From Octopus sinensis (lineage: Eukaryota), in NCBI RefSeq assembly GCF_006345805.1, contig NC_043010.1, positions 17,174,001 through 17,238,000 on the forward strand: a stretch of DNA of 64,000 bases, given 5' to 3'. Below, in pieces: positions 1-15,400 of the stretch (positions within the stretch are counted from its first letter, which is position 1; each line of letters begins with the position of its first letter). The translations under genes and the position numbers were made by a program. The notes below the pieces were generated by a model, which was not told the origin of the DNA, did not search any database, and saw nothing but the letters and a program-made list of their open reading frames with translations.

Positions 1-1059
1 ATTCGCCATATTTTCCTTTATGAATTCAATAAAGGCAACAGTGAAACGGAAAGTGCGAGGAATATTAATGCAGTAGATGGGGATTGAACAATAAGTGTAA
101 GCCAGAGTCAACGGTAGTTCCAGAAATTCTAAACCAGAAACAACAGCCTAGAAGATGAGCTTGGAAGATCTGTAGAGCTTGACAAGGATGTCCTGCAAAC
201 CCTGGTGGAACAAAATTTCATCAGAACTGTTGAGGAACTAGCAGAGAAGCTTCCATTTGGTCATTCAACCATTCATCAACACCTGCATGCTATCAGAAAA
301 GCCAGCAAATTGGATCGATGGGTTCCTTGCAAACTTTCTGAATCTAATCATGTGTAGAAAGTGAATATGTGCTCTTTGCTGTCACGTCTCACGAATGAAC
401 ATTTCTTTGACCGAATAGTGACTGGTGACGAAAAATAGGTTCTCTATAAAAATGTCAAGCACTAAAGACAGTGGGTAGGGAAAGGAGAAATACTGGCATC
501 CCAGGCTAAAGGTCTTTACCCATGTAAAGTGTTGTTATCTGTTTGGTGGGATATGAAAGGTTCAGTCCACTTTGAACTTTTAAACCCAAACCAAATGATA
601 ACAAAGGAGATCTACTGCAAGCAGCTTGAGTGGCACTAGAAAAAAAAAATGACCATCTTTCGTTTCAAGACAAAAGGTGTTCTTCCATCAGGATAATGCT
701 TGGCCACTTACAGCAAAGATGACATTCCAAAGGCTGGAGCAGTTTGAATGGGAAATGATGCCCCACCCACCATATTCGCCAGACATTGCCCCATATGATT
801 ATCATTTATTCCGCAGTTTTCAAAATCATTTGAATGGAAAAAATATTAATTCTGTAGAGGAGGTCAGAACAGGAGTATTTTTCATCATGGACAAATGAAT
901 TTTGGAAGAGGAGCCTTGCAAGTCTACCAGATAGATGGAAGAGCATTGTAGAAAATGAAGGGGAGTACATTTTAGATTGAAAAAAAAACTTTCTTTATCT
1001 TAATTTTGAAAAATAAAAGAAGTATTAAAAAAACGCATTATTTATGGGATGACCCAATA
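1..1059 (+). mobile_element. Degenerate mariner (DD34D) transposon, left end outside window
   Basis: Broken frames encode IRHIFLYEFNKG, VTGDEK, QDNAWP...PHPPYSPDIAPYDYHLF with 34 residues between the 2nd and 3rd Asp; TIR-like end ...TTATGGGATGACCCAATA at about 1040-1059; stops and frameshifts. Confidence 0.9.
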
Positions 1060-1091
1060 CATATGTATGTATGTATGTCTTACTGCCTTAC

Positions 1092-1197
1092 CTTCCATAT
1101 TAGCTTGGTGACCAGCAGGGTCTTCAAAGTTGCAACTACACAAGCTGGAACCTTCCAGATTGGCACAAACCATTTTGATTCCTTGTAAGTTGGCACA
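1092..1197 (-). CDS. KCTD9: KCTD9 coding exon 10 (106 nt, pentapeptide repeats)
   Basis: tttcttcttgtag|TGT GCC...GAA G|gtaagg; [35 protein letters not shown]. Confidence 0.95.
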
Positions 1198-4100
1198 CTA
1201 CAAGAAGAAAGCAACAATCCATAGACTTGGAGCAAATAGTTGCAGCAAGCAGCAGCTGCAGTACATGGAAATAAACACTTCAATAAATATATCTAGTAAA
1301 TAAAAAAACACACATACACACACACACACATGCACGCGCGTGTGTGTGTGTGTGTTTGTGAAGGCATGTGGCTTAGTGGTTAGGGTGTTGCACTCACAAT
1401 TGCTAGATCATGGGTTCAATCTCTGGACCAGGCAGTATGCTGTGTTCTTAGCCAAAATACTTCATTCATGTTGCTCCAGTCCACTAAGCTGTAAACATGC
1501 CACCCTATGATGAGCTAACCTTCCAATAAGGGGAAAAATTTGGCCTGCTTGCCTAACCAGAAGGATGACATCATTCAAAAGTTTAAAAACAATGCAAATC
1601 ACACTGTGAGCAGTGATGTATAACATCAGACAGTCTGGTCAATCTCATGAGATATCTTCACCCAAACGGCAGAGACAAGTTTAGAAGATTTTATATATTT
1701 CTGGATTATTAACCTCCGTTACCAGCGTCGCCTTACTGGCACTTATGCCTGTGCTAGGAGGGTGCCAAGAGCACCATCCGAGCATGATCGTCGCCAGAGC
1801 AGCCAACTGGCTTCCGTACCCATGGCACGTACAAGGACACCATTCGAGCGTGATCGCTACCAACGTCGCTTCACTGGCACCTGTGCCAGTGGAACGTGTA
1901 AAAAGATTCGAACGAGATCATTGCCAGTACCGCCTGACTGGCCCCCGTACAGGTGGCATGTAAAAAGCACCCACTACACTCTCGGAATGGTTGGCATTAG
2001 GAAGGGCATCCAGCTGTAGAAACCATGCCAGATCAAGATTGGAGCCTGGTGCAGCCATCTGGCTCGCCAGCCTTCAGTCAAAATCGTCCAACCCATGCTA
2101 GCATGGAAAGCAGACGTTAAACGATGACGATGATTTTTAGTGTTTATTTGCAATATCTACAGTCTTCCTCTTATGCTACCGTCATTCATTTACTACAGTA
2201 TATTTTTTACTAATGTATTCATAGCGCTGATATTACACAATGGTAAGGCATCAAGCTGGTGGAATTGTCAGCACACGTGGCAACATGCTTAGCAGCATTT
2301 CGTCCATCTTCACATTTGGAGTTCAAATTCCAATGAGATTGACTTTGCTTTTCATCCTTTCAGAGTCAATTAAGTAAGAACCCGTCTCCCAAAATTGTGG
2401 TCCTTATGCTGAAATTTGAAACCAATGATAAATACTACAGCGATGTATTTTCTGCAGTGAATATTTACTAAGTGACTATTTGCTACCATATATTTACATT
2501 TTCACTATATTTAAATTGATTCTGAGAACACCATCAGCTGACTTACTCCAGGGTCTGCATACAAAACTAGACTGTGATTCCCATAAGAATTTCACTATTG
2601 TAGTGTAGTGAACTAGTCTGGGACAATGTAGACATCTAGGAATAAGATACTGGATAACAGTCAGAGATCAATCTAATTGGAATTTAATGTGTATATACAG
2701 GGAGTGTAAGATATTTGAGGACAGATTATGTTTAGAAAAAAAAAACATATATAATAACTTTATCAAAAAATGCTGTGAGGATAAAAATAAATGTTCTTTT
2801 CTATAATGTTATTCAATAAAGCCACCTTCAGCTTCAACAATCGCTTCTATATGAGATCTAAATCATCTACATGCTCAAATCAAGTGGTCCTGGTTCATTT
2901 TGGACATTACTCTGACTATGGCAGCTTTCAAAGAATCTTTGGTGTTATGGGCATGTTCATTGACCTCTCTCTCAACAATGCTCCACATGTGTAATAGTCC
3001 AATGGATTGAGATTTGGGGAATTAGGAGGCCAAATATCAGGGGTTATGTGATCATGAAAATTTTCAGCCATCCATTTGTGTTACTAGAGCCATGTGTGGA
3101 GTCTTGCTGAAACACATAGGGCCTTCTATTGCATGCAGTGTCTATCCAAGGCTTGGCAATTATTTCCAGGACCTCAATGTAGGCAGCAGAATTAACTCTA
3201 AGGCTCTGTGGAAATAAGTAAGAGAGGCATCACATGTCCTTCATTGCTGACAACCCTTAAAACCATGACAGTTGCAGAAAATTTTGTATGCATAACACTT
3301 GGAAGTTCAGAAAGGTCTGCACAGAACCATCTGTCATTTCTTTTGTTAACCTTTTAATCTTGGCCGAAGTTTTTCTCATTTGAGAAAAACCAAATCATAT
3401 CTTCTTCTGCTGGATTTTTCAGTTTGTTTAAGAACCTTTTAGATCTGATGTAGTGATTTTCTTTGCTTTTCCTGACAAATTGACCTTTCCACATCATATA
3501 AGACTTATATCTGATATCTTCGTGGACAACATTTCCGACACATGGAGATCTTTTGCAATTGACCTCATGGACTTTCTGGGATTATAATCAATGGTCTATT
3601 GAACTTGCTGGATAAACTCAGGTGTTCTGATGATTTCAGAGCATTTAGAATGCATTTTATGCTTTGATACTGGTGATACGTTTCCATCTTCAGTCTCTAA
3701 CTCCTTACAAACTCTGTAGACAAAAGGTCTGGCAACTTTTAAAAATTGAGATATTTCTAAATCACTATGCTCAGCCTTTATAACCACAATAACAGCATGC
3801 CTCTTCATTTCTTGAGTAAGCTGAGAGTCTGCAATTATTATTTTCTGAAACAAAGATTATACAGAGTTAGCAAAAAATGCAGCAATGACCCAAAAAAGGC
3901 ATGTCCTCAAATACCTTATGAACCCTGTATAATACAAATATTGTAAATGCATACAATAAAATTTTTACACATAAAATGTGTTATGCATTGTTATGCTTGC
4001 AAAAAGATGTAAGAACAGAAAAACATTGCAACAATGTTTTATGATTAAATGGGGGATGAAGAAATGGAAGTTGTGATGTTCATGCTTTTCCCAAGGACAT

Positions 4101-6346
4101 TAGCAGAATAAATGAAACAGCTACACTTAATTGATAGATAGTTTGAGAACACTCAGTGGGTGCTGTTGACTGTTGTATTTCAAACTGATATTCGTGATGT
4201 CTAATAACAATGAAGAACTCACCAAAGACTATCGTCCTGGATACATTATGCCTGAAAATAAAAAAGACAGGATGGCCACAGCTAGAATGCATTCTATCAC
4301 AAATCTACTCAATGAAGGTTTAGTTGGAGCAATGACAACTTACATCTAAGATGGCTCCAGAAAGGTCAGACCTTTCAAAGTTACAAAATGATAGGTTGGC
4401 TCCAGATAGGTTAGCCTTTCTAAGGATTGCATACTTGAAATTTACCGACCGTAGATCGAGTTTCGACAGGTTTGCCGACTGGAAGTTGAGGCCCTGTAAG
4501 CAAATAATTCACTTTGGTTATTAAAACACCATCAAGGAAAAACATGGGAAGAAAGAAAATGAAATTCAGTGTTATTGAACATGTTTAGTTCATAACATGT
4601 TAGGTTAAGTAATGTGTTTAGTTAGTGATATTCTAGGAAAGTAAGACATGTTTAATTAAGTGTTAGGTAGGTAAATAATGTGTTTAGCTAGTAGCATTAC
4701 AAATCAGCTTGTTTAGTAAAGTTAGGTAAGTAATATGTATTTAGTTAGTAATATATCAGATTAGTAAGACAAGTGCTTGGTAAGTACTACATGTTTAGTG
4801 CAATATATTTCACAAGCATATTTTAAGTAGTAATATGTTAGATAAGTGTTTAGTTAGAGTTGTTAAGTAACGTGTTTACTATGTAATATGTTAATGAGTT
4901 TAGTTAATAACATGCATGGTAACATCAAAATAACAATAGTCATTTTAATTATTTACTAATTGCTATGTGATATTTGCTTCTGCACAGCATTTAATTAATA
5001 ACAGGTTAAGGTATGTGTTTAGTTACTAAAATGTTAGTTTTTTAAGACATGGGTTTAATCAGTAAGGTGTTAGGTTAAGACATGTTAATTAATAATAGGT
5101 TATTTAAGACATGTTTAGTTAGTAATTGGTTATTATTAAGATCTGTTTAGTGAGAAAGACGTTGGATTAATAAGATGAGTTTCATAATAGAGAATGGAAT
5201 CTATTAATTGTGGTGCAAGAACATTGTTTGAACTGTGAAGTCAAAAGAAATAAAGATAGCAAGAGAAAATAGAAAAGACAGATTACAAAGATAAAGAGTG
5301 GGGGGAGGGGGAGAAATTAAGAAGAAAATGAAGAGAGGAAGAAAGAAAGAAAAAAGAAAAGAGAGAAAGAGATGAGAAATAAAGAGAGAAAATAAGAACC
5401 CAAACAGAATTGAAATGGGGTCAGTTTCTTGGGTTTCCTAGTAATTCATTCATTCTTGATAACCTGAATGATTGCAGGTGTTTTATGATGCAGTCATGGA
5501 ATTCCATCACTGGAATCCTAGAAAATGTCCAGGTTTCAACAACATACCAAAGAATAGACTACTGTGCTGCAAATGTTGTGCTGAATTCGAGTGGAAACCT
5601 GACAACTGTTCCATAGTTGTAGATACAAATACAGTTCTTGTCTTTGACAGCTCAGGCTTAACATGACTGTCTCTCAATAAGTGAAAGTCTTGGACAGTTT
5701 TCAGGTTATTACCATTGACTATTACTTCCTTCGTGTATTAACAACTTATTGAGCAAATATGGTGATCCCGATAAAACCTCAGCTCCCTATGATGGTCACC
5801 CTCCACACACTGCAAAGATGGCAACAATTCCAAACATACCTTGGACACAATTACAGTCTCAGTACTAAACAATGTTCTTCATCTTTCTCCCAGCAAGGAG
5901 AGGAGACCCCTTTCTGTACTCTTCAAACACCCACAAAATTATTAACCATCCTGACAACCTTGAACACCATTTTGAATTCCATATGTCTAACACACGTGGG
6001 CATGCCTACAAAGTCAGAAAACAGCAAAGCTCCCATGACTTTCGGAAACATTTCTTCACATTCGGAGTTGCTGAAGCATGGAACAAACTACCTGCATCAG
6101 TTGTTAGTTGCCGAGACATTGCTTCCTTTAAAACCTCCATGTTTCCTGAAATTCGCCAACGCTACACCTGATATCCCCCACTCCATACACATGCACACAT
6201 GTATATCATGACTCATACACTGTTTACCTTCCTGACTTTTGTACATAATTCTATGTACTATACATGCACCTTTGGTGAGTTGTGGTGCACCTGAGCACTA
6301 TACACAATAATTTCATTATTATTATAATTATTATCATTATTATTAT

Positions 6347-6384
<38 letters not shown>

Positions 6385-7071
6385 TTATTATTATTATTAT
6401 CATCATACAGTCCTGCCAAACTGAATATCTCTTTAATGCCAACCATTTTAGAGCAAGACCAAAGTCTACCGTATCTTTGTAAAAGAACCACTCAATACAG
6501 GTGACTGTCTGCCAGTCCACGCAGACAATGGAGTGGATCCTGCCTCAGCTGAATCAAAACAATTTTATCTCAAAATCGGCTTTGAAATTTTATCTTACAA
6601 AAAAAAAAAAAAAAAAAAAAAAAAAAGACACACGTGCTGCTCTTCCAACCAAACCCCAATGACTGGAAAACCTCAGCTGCGTGGGACGCACAGCAACATC
6701 CCAACACGAGATCTGCTACTTTGGCATTGGTTTTCCTTTACTTGTAGAAATGTGAAGGTTTTTAACAAATCGAAACAAATGGAATTCCCGGGTTCCATTC
6801 GTATTGGTAAGCAATCAGTTGTGAAGTAGAAACAGGGTCTGGTATTGTTAGCCAGGCAAAGAGAGAAGGGTTTATATGCCTTGCCCAACACAATGCCTTC
6901 ACTGAGGATGGAACTCACACACATTATTTCTTTATTCTGAGGATGGAACTCACACACATATGAGCAGGCATCAAGTCCATCCATTTCACAGCCATTAAGC
7001 CTTATCTACTTTGCAACATTATATACATAAGTTCGTCTACGTGTATGTGTGTGTCTATAAGCGAGTATGTA

Positions 7072-7103
<32 letters not shown>

Positions 7104-9541
7104 GTGATAAAGAATTGAATACAATTTAATGAAAACAATAATACAGAATGTTTTCTAAAATCTCGTGAAAATATAGAAAGGGTTTACAAAACTGTCCCTT
7201 TTTCCTTCTTTATTTGCTGAGTGTGGAGGAAGGGTCAAGCCCATGACCTTTGTTCTTTATTTGCTGAGTGTGGAGGAAGGGTCAGAGACCATGACCTTTC
7301 TTCTTTATTTGCTGAGTGTGGAGGAAGGGTCAGAGCCCATGACCTTTGTTCTTTATTTGTTGAGTGTAGAGGAAGGGTCAGAGCCCATGACTTTTGTTCT
7401 TTATTTGTTGAGTGTGGAGGAAGGGTCAGAGACCATGACCATTGTTCTTTATTTGTTGAGTGTGGAGGAAGGGTCAGAGACCATGACTTTTGTGGACTCC
7501 AAGACTGGTTGAGGTTGATGTGGTTTGTGTTCTGTTTAGGTAAACATCTCCAGGAAAGACAGGAGCAGGAAAAAACTCATCCTGCAATGGGGAAGAAGGA
7601 TTGGGCAAAGTGATTAGTGTGGGGGGAAAGAAGGAGATTGTATTATACCCCCAAGAGAGATGAAAGGTGGAGAGACAAGCGGGTGAGAGGTGCCTGAGAG
7701 GTGGATGTATGAAACCAGTGAGCTGGGAGAAACAGGGGCCATTACGGTAGTTTGCATCAGGGAATGAAGGAACACAGCAAAAGCCAAGTTAAATAACCAT
7801 GCAAGCATCAAATAGGAAAGAGACACAATTGGACATTATGGAAGCAAAAATATAAAAACCACACAATGAACCCTCTATATGTCGCTCAACCTGCTAAAAA
7901 TATCAGCTTAAATCATACCCTACTGTCTTAAAGATAAAGGAACACCTTGAATAATGGGGTCTCAGCTATGCTGTGTCTGAAAAATAAAATAAGCTGAAGT
8001 GGTCATGGCTGGGATGGCATTGATTATAGAGATCTACTCAATGCTGGCTGACCTGGGGCTAAACAACAAACGCGTTTACTCACCTGGCATCGTAGTTCAG
8101 ACCTTGCTGATGTAGACATTAACCTTAATACAAACTCACGTCGATTGATTGGGGTCGAATCATCAGCAGGGGCTTCACGCTACAACAACAACAACAACAA
8201 GCAATTTTGAACAGAGATGCAAGACCGAGAAAGTTTAAAAGGGTCCCAATTTCCATTTACACAATTTCATCTTCAGTAGGACTGAAACCCTGCAACAGTA
8301 TGATGACAAAATCAATCTAACCACTCAACCAAAATACATTGACAGATCAAAATAAAGATGGCAGGGAAATTCATCAGAAAACAAATTTATCATATGAACA
8401 GTGAGAAGGCTTATTTGCAACCCCACTTGTGTTCCAAACAGCAGCATCTTCACTTCTATCGTATAATAAAAACTGCTCATCCACTTCAAGAAATACCCAC
8501 TTCTTCCAGTTGGGATTCCAGGGGTGTGTTTGGTTCTTCTTTGGCCTCCTGCCTTTAATAATCTTTTCTACTCTAGGCACAAGGCCCAAAGTTTTTTTTT
8601 TTTTTTTTTGGGGGGGGGGTCGAATAGTTCGACCCCAGTACACAACTAGTACTTAATTTATCGACTCCCGAAAGGATGAAAGGCAAAGTCGACCTCGGCG
8701 GAATTTGAACTCAGAACGTAAAGACAGACAAAATACCACTAAGCATTTCACCAGGTGTGCTAACGTGTCTGCCAGCTCGCTGCTTTATGTGCGAAAGGGG
8801 AATTTTCTTACAGCAAAAATGTTTACGGTTAAATTTCCTCTACTCATTAGAGTAATTACAGTGATTAGAGAATGTGTGACCAATGATTCCAGCATCGGTT
8901 AATTAGCAGAACAGGTTTCTAGTTTCCCAGCCATTTTGGAAGCATGGCCATTCTGTGATAGGTCGAGGGAGCTTTAAACATATAATCCCAGTTTACCCAG
9001 TTTGTAGGCATGTGGTTAAGAAGTTTGCTTCCCAATCCAATGGTTTCAAGTTCAGTTCCACTGTGTGCTACCTTGGCTGTTTTCTACAATAGTCTCTCAG
9101 ACTAAGGCTTTGTGAAAGGACTTGCTAAACACTAACTGAAAGAAAACCATCCTATATGTGCGTGTGTACGTGTGTGTATGTGTGCACATATGTGTGTGTG
9201 CATGTGTACATGTCTGCATGTGTGTGTGCGTGCATCTTGATATCACATGACAGTTGTAACTGAGTGTCCCTGTCATACAAGCGGAGTCATTCTTTCCAAT
9301 ATTCTAAGAGAATATGTTTGGCAATGCTTCTTTGAGATTGATATTGTTTATTCTCTCACTCAAATGGGTTCCGTTTTGTAATTTCTCACAGAAGCAGGTT
9401 TGAGGTTGAAGTCCCACCCACCGCCTTACACCAATCTGGACTGTGAAGATTAAAGATATAAAACCTTACCTCGATAATTTCTTCCAATAATCCAACCAGA
9501 TAATCCAGACCAAAAAATCGAGCCTCTTCTAATACACCTGC

Positions 9542-9582
<41 letters not shown>

Positions 9583-12103
9583 TAATAATAATCGTTTAAC
9601 TTCCACTTTCCATGCTAGCATGGGTTGGACGGTTTGACTGAGGACTGGTGAGCCAGAAGGCTGCACCAGGCTCCAATCTGATTTATCAAAGTTTCTACAG
9701 CTGGATGCCCTTCCTAATGCCAACCACTCCAAGCGTGTAGTGGGTGCTTTTTACGTGCCACCGGCATGGGAGCCAGTCAGGCGGCACTGGCAACGACCAT
9801 GCTCAAATGGTGCTTTTTACATGCCACTAGCACGGGAGCCAGTCAGGCGGTATTGACATCGACGGCGAGCTGGGAGAAGCGTTAGCACGCCAGATGAAAT
9901 GCTTAGGAGTATTTCGTCTGTCGCTACGTTCTGAGTTCAAATTCCGCCGAGGTCAACTTTGCCTTTCATCCTTTCGGGGTCAATTAAATAAGTACCAGTT
10001 ACACACTGGGGTCGATATAATCGACTTAATCCATTTGTCTGTTCTTGTTTGTCCCATCTGTGTTTAGCCTCTTGTGGGTAGTACAGAAAAAGGTATTGAC
10101 ATCGACCACGCTCGAATGATGCTTTTTATGTGCCATAATGATCCTTTCTACTAAAGGCACAAGGCCTAAAATTTTGTGGGAAGAAACTATTGACCCCAGT
10201 GTTTCATTGGTACTTAATTTATTGACCCCAAAAAAAATGAAAAGCAAAGTCGACCTCGGCAGAATTTGAACTCAGAACATAAGGATGGGCAAAATGCTGC
10301 CAAGCATTCTGCATGTCATGTTAAGAATTCATTCAGCTCACCACCACTTCCTCCCCCTCCTCCTCAATGGCAACGACCAGTCCCAGAAAGATGATAGGTG
10401 AGACCAACTCTGGCAGGATTTGAACTCAGAAAGTAAAAAGATATAACAAAACAAACAGTAGATAAAAACTAGTGGAGCTGCCGGGGGGGGGGGGATATTA
10501 AATGAAACACGAGGTTCAGTTAAAAGCTGGGAAAGAATAAAATACATAGAATAGACAAATAGTGTCTGTGTGTCTTTTATCATTTGCTCGTTTCAGTCAT
10601 TTGACCACAGCGATGCTGCAGCACCACCCTGAAGAATTTTTTTGTCGAAATGATGATGATGATGATGATGACTGTCACTGCATCAGTTACAACAATAAGG
10701 GTTTCAGTTCATCTGAACGACAGAACAGCCTATTCATGAAATTAACGTATAAGCGGCTGAGCATTCCACAGACATGTACCCTTAATGTAGTTCTCAGAGA
10801 GATTCAGCCTGATACAGAATGTGACAAGGCTGGCCCCTTTGAAATTACAGGTACAATTCATTTTTGCCAGCTGAGTGGACTGGAGCTACATGAAGTAAAG
10901 TGCCTCGCCCAAGAACACAACGCGTAGCCAGGAATTGAACTCAAGACCTTACAGTCATGAGCCAATTACCTTAATCACTAATCCACACACAATGGCCTTC
11001 TTTCACTTTCCATTTGCCAAATCCACTCACAAGGCTTTGGTTGGCCCAAGGCTATAGTAGAAGGCACTTGCCCAAGGTGCCACACAATGGGACTGAACCC
11101 AGAGCCATGTGGTTGGGAAGCAAACTTCATACCACTCAGCCATACACATATACATATACACATACAGACACCCACACACATGCAAGCGTAATGGTGAGTG
11201 ACTTATAGGCTGGTAAGGGAGTCAGTCTCCTTGATTTTCTGGAACACGGTTGTCCTCTGAATAGCAATGCATTCAGACCATTGGTACTTATGATCCACCC
11301 CCAAGAGACTAGGATGATTTCAATCAATCAAGAATCTATGCTGTTTAGTATTTGATTGAATCCAAAAGCAAAGGAGTGACATTCTTCCCTCACGTACCCA
11401 TAACTACAAACAATTGACAGATTGACAAAACAATACTAAAAAAGCAAAACAAAGTCATTTTAAAAATGGTTTACCTTCTGGATTGACATTTTTATCCAAG
11501 ATGAGTTGTCCATGCCGTAAGTAGTTGAGAATTGGTTCAAAATAGGTGGGACTACGATCGATGAGGTAAGCCCCGTTCGCATCAACAGAGCTGTTCCATG
11601 GAACTTCTGCCAAATAAAGTGAAAACATTGGAGTCAATGGTTTGAAAACAAATTCAAGCAACAGTTTCAGAGACAAATGAAGGGAAAGATCATGGCATAT
11701 ATATACATTTATGTGTCTGTGTGTGTGTGTGTGTAGGTATACATGTATATATATATAATAATCAGGCAATAACCTGATAGCTCTGTGTCAGTAAGTTCAT
11801 TGTACCTCCCCTTTCACTTTTTACCATGTATGTATAAATGTAAGCTTCTATGTATTTCTATGTACATACATGTGTGTGTGTGTATCTCATTGCTCATTTA
11901 CTCCTGATGTCTCGATATGAAACATTTTAGTAATAATCAGGGCTGGCCATAGATTCTGTAGAATATCTGTAGAAACAATCTCAGCAAAATAATGTAACAA
12001 ACTCTGCTGATGCAGAAGGGGCATGCTACTGACTTATAAAAACATTCAGTATGCTCCATGTTTGCATAACAAACTACCATGTACCTACAAACTTCATATA
12101 TAT

Positions 12104-12160
<57 letters not shown>

Positions 12161-12403
12161 AGCACCAACTGATCGTGGCTGCTGCCAGCCTCCCCTGGCA
12201 CCTCTGCTGGTGGCACGTAAAAAGCACCCACTACACTCACAGTGGTTGGCGTTAGGATGGGCATCCAGCTGTAGAAACACTGCCAGATCAGACTGGAGCC
12301 TGGTGCAGCCTCCTGGCTTCCCAGACCCCGGTCGAACCATCCAACCCATGCTAGCACGGAAAGTGGACGTTAAACGATGATGATGATGATGATGATGATG
12401 ATG

Positions 12404-12439
<36 letters not shown>

Positions 12440-15400
12440 ATGATGAAATTTACAGGAAAACAAAAGACAAGGACAGGTGTCTAAACAACAAACAGGTGTA
12501 TTAGTTTAACACTCGGGAAGATGAGAAAGTCTTTTACGTTTTGAGCCTCCACCCTGCAAGAGAAAGGAACATGAGAAAATAAAGAGAGAGGGAATAAAAA
12601 CACTTTTGGCTGATTCTTCAAGTGCTTCAGGTCAGTGCATGGACATAATATATTTACAAGATTTCTGACATATATATGTACTAGATCCCCCATTGTGTTC
12701 ATGTGCCATTTTCTATCATTAATAAGACTGTCAGCATTTTTGATGACACGGGTATGCTAGTAACGAATCATTAATTAGTGTATACTAATGATGAATTAAA
12801 TTAAAGTGAAGTGCATTCACGGCCCATATTCCAATATTCAAAGTGAGTGTCACATCAGAAATACGACAACACATATGTAATCAATGTAATTAATGTAATT
12901 AATATAATTAATGTCCAGATCATATTCACATGAGGAACAAGAAAAACATAGAGAAACGAAGTGCATTTGTGTGATAAATGCAGAGAACAATGAAATGCAT
13001 GGCATGGACAGTAAACAGTGCCTACCTGATTGGTCAGAGAACATTCGAGCCAGCATACTGGCAGGCTCTTGGCGCGTCAAGGTACTCCTTCATATTAAAA
13101 CATAAAAAAAATAAATAATAAAACATTTCAATATGATATCATGTAAGAGATAAGATAACAACGGATATTGATTTCAAATTCTGGCACAAGGCCAGCAACT
13201 TCAAGGGAGTTGGGGTAAGTCGATTACATTGACCCCGGTGTTTAGCTGGTACCCTATTTTAATGAACCCCAAAAATGAATGACAGACAAAGGTGACCATG
13301 GCAGCATTTGAACTCAGAACGTAAAAAGGGACGAAATGCAGCCAAGCATTTCGCCCAGCCTCACTGCCTTAATAATCCTCCCTACTCTATAGGCACAAGG
13401 CCTGAAATTTCAGAGAAGGGGGAAAAGTCGATTACATCAGTGATACTTAATTTATCGACCCCCAAAAGGGTGAAAGGGCGAAGTCGACCTCAGTGGAATT
13501 TGAACTCAGAACGTAGCGATGGGCGAAATACCACTAAGCATTATGTCCAGCATGCTAACGATTCTGCCAGCTCACCGCCTTTATAATAACAGCAGATATT
13601 GACAGTTCTAATGTTGATCATAAACTAATGAAGAACTATGAAGATTCTCTGCTGTATTCAGTGATTCTGACAAACAAGATATGGAAAATTTTATGTAAAG
13701 CTGAGGTATTTAAAACTATTCACATAGTTTCTCATTATCTAAATATTTTTTTCCTGTGTTAATTCGTTTCTAATTTATTAATTCTGTTTTCTTATAAGTA
13801 ATGAAAAATAATTTGAGATTTCTTTCACAAGTTACCAAATCCATTTACAATTGCTTGATTCTCAGAACACGTCTAAACCTACTTAATACTAATCCTACAG
13901 TTGTATCAAGACCGTTCTCTCTCTCTCCCTTCTATGAACAGTCGATAAAGCCTACCTATATCAGCTTTAGGCTGGTCCATTCGTAATTTGTGACGATTCT
14001 TTCCTTAGTTTTCCGAACACCTTGAATTCATTCATCTTGCAATCTATTATAATTAATTATAATTAATGATGTAGACTTGGACTGTGATGGCAATTATTTC
14101 TATTCTTTGAGACCTTATTATTTGTTATAAATCTCTGTATATTCTTTCATATACTTTAAACAATGCCATCCCTTTTCTGATGCTAGTAAATGGTGGTCAC
14201 ATATCATGGCTACGTAATACAAGTGTAACAATACTTTCTAAGTATTGGGATCTTTTCGGTTTGAACGGCAGTTTTTAACAAAATTTCTAGGTAATTAAAA
14301 AATTTTAAACTCCGTATACTGGTAGATTGTGTTTATAAAACATCTTTTTCTCTTGGCTTTATTGAGAAAATTCTATAGTTTGTAAGATATTTGGTCTTTG
14401 ATTTCTTGCATTTCGGCAATTTCAACCAATCAATGACCGTGTATTGAGGTGAAAACATTCTGTGCCGTATGAATATGTCCCTCGTTTAAGAAACAGATTG
14501 GGTTTATTTACATTTGTGAAGAAAAAAAGATACCCTTCCCCCCAACCCTAAAACAGATTGAAATGCAATAGATTGAGACTAGAGTCATAATTATGGGTGA
14601 CAATTTCATATGACACCGTTAGAAAAAACTGACGTCCAAACCGAAAAGATCCAAGTTTTGTTTCATTTTACCAATGTTTCAGTGAAGTTTGCATTTTATT
14701 TTGAAGGCCATTATCTAAATGGATTCGGCAGAGGGCACCACCTGTAACACTCTTGTTACATGTGATTTACAGTAAGAGTACACTAAATGTCTGTAGACTT
14801 CGTACATCCAGGACAGATGTTTGTTGTTCTTGGTGTTGGTCAGTCTTTTATTCATTTCCTACTAAAGCATCAACCACTATCAACACTTTTACTCAATTTT
14901 TTTTTTGTCGCCGACCCATGACGCCTGCTACAGACAAAGAGTCAGCTTGGTTTTGACAGAATTGCCTCCCTTTATCAATATAAATACTTTTAAGGCAAAT
15001 ACGCTGACTTACATCAACACACACACACACACACGTGCATTCACCCCCCCTCATCACTCTCTCAACCCTAATCCTCTCACTTCCTGTTCTTCTGTCCATC
15101 ATGACAACACCTCATCACCACCCTCTTTATCTTTTTCCAGTTCCACCCCATTTACTTCCACCCACCCTTAGATAATGTGGGGTAACCATATATTTCCTCC
15201 ACAACAAACTTGCCCCTGTCCCTTCCTTAATCACACTTCAATTTCTCAGTACCTGGTCCGAAGCCACCTCACCCCCTCCTCAACTCTTCTCCCTCTCGGT
15301 CAAGGCATCTCTTTAGTGTACTACTACTACTGCTGCTGCTATAGTGAGTAACAGATATTCAGTTCATGAATTTAAATCTAAAACCATGATTACATCAACT

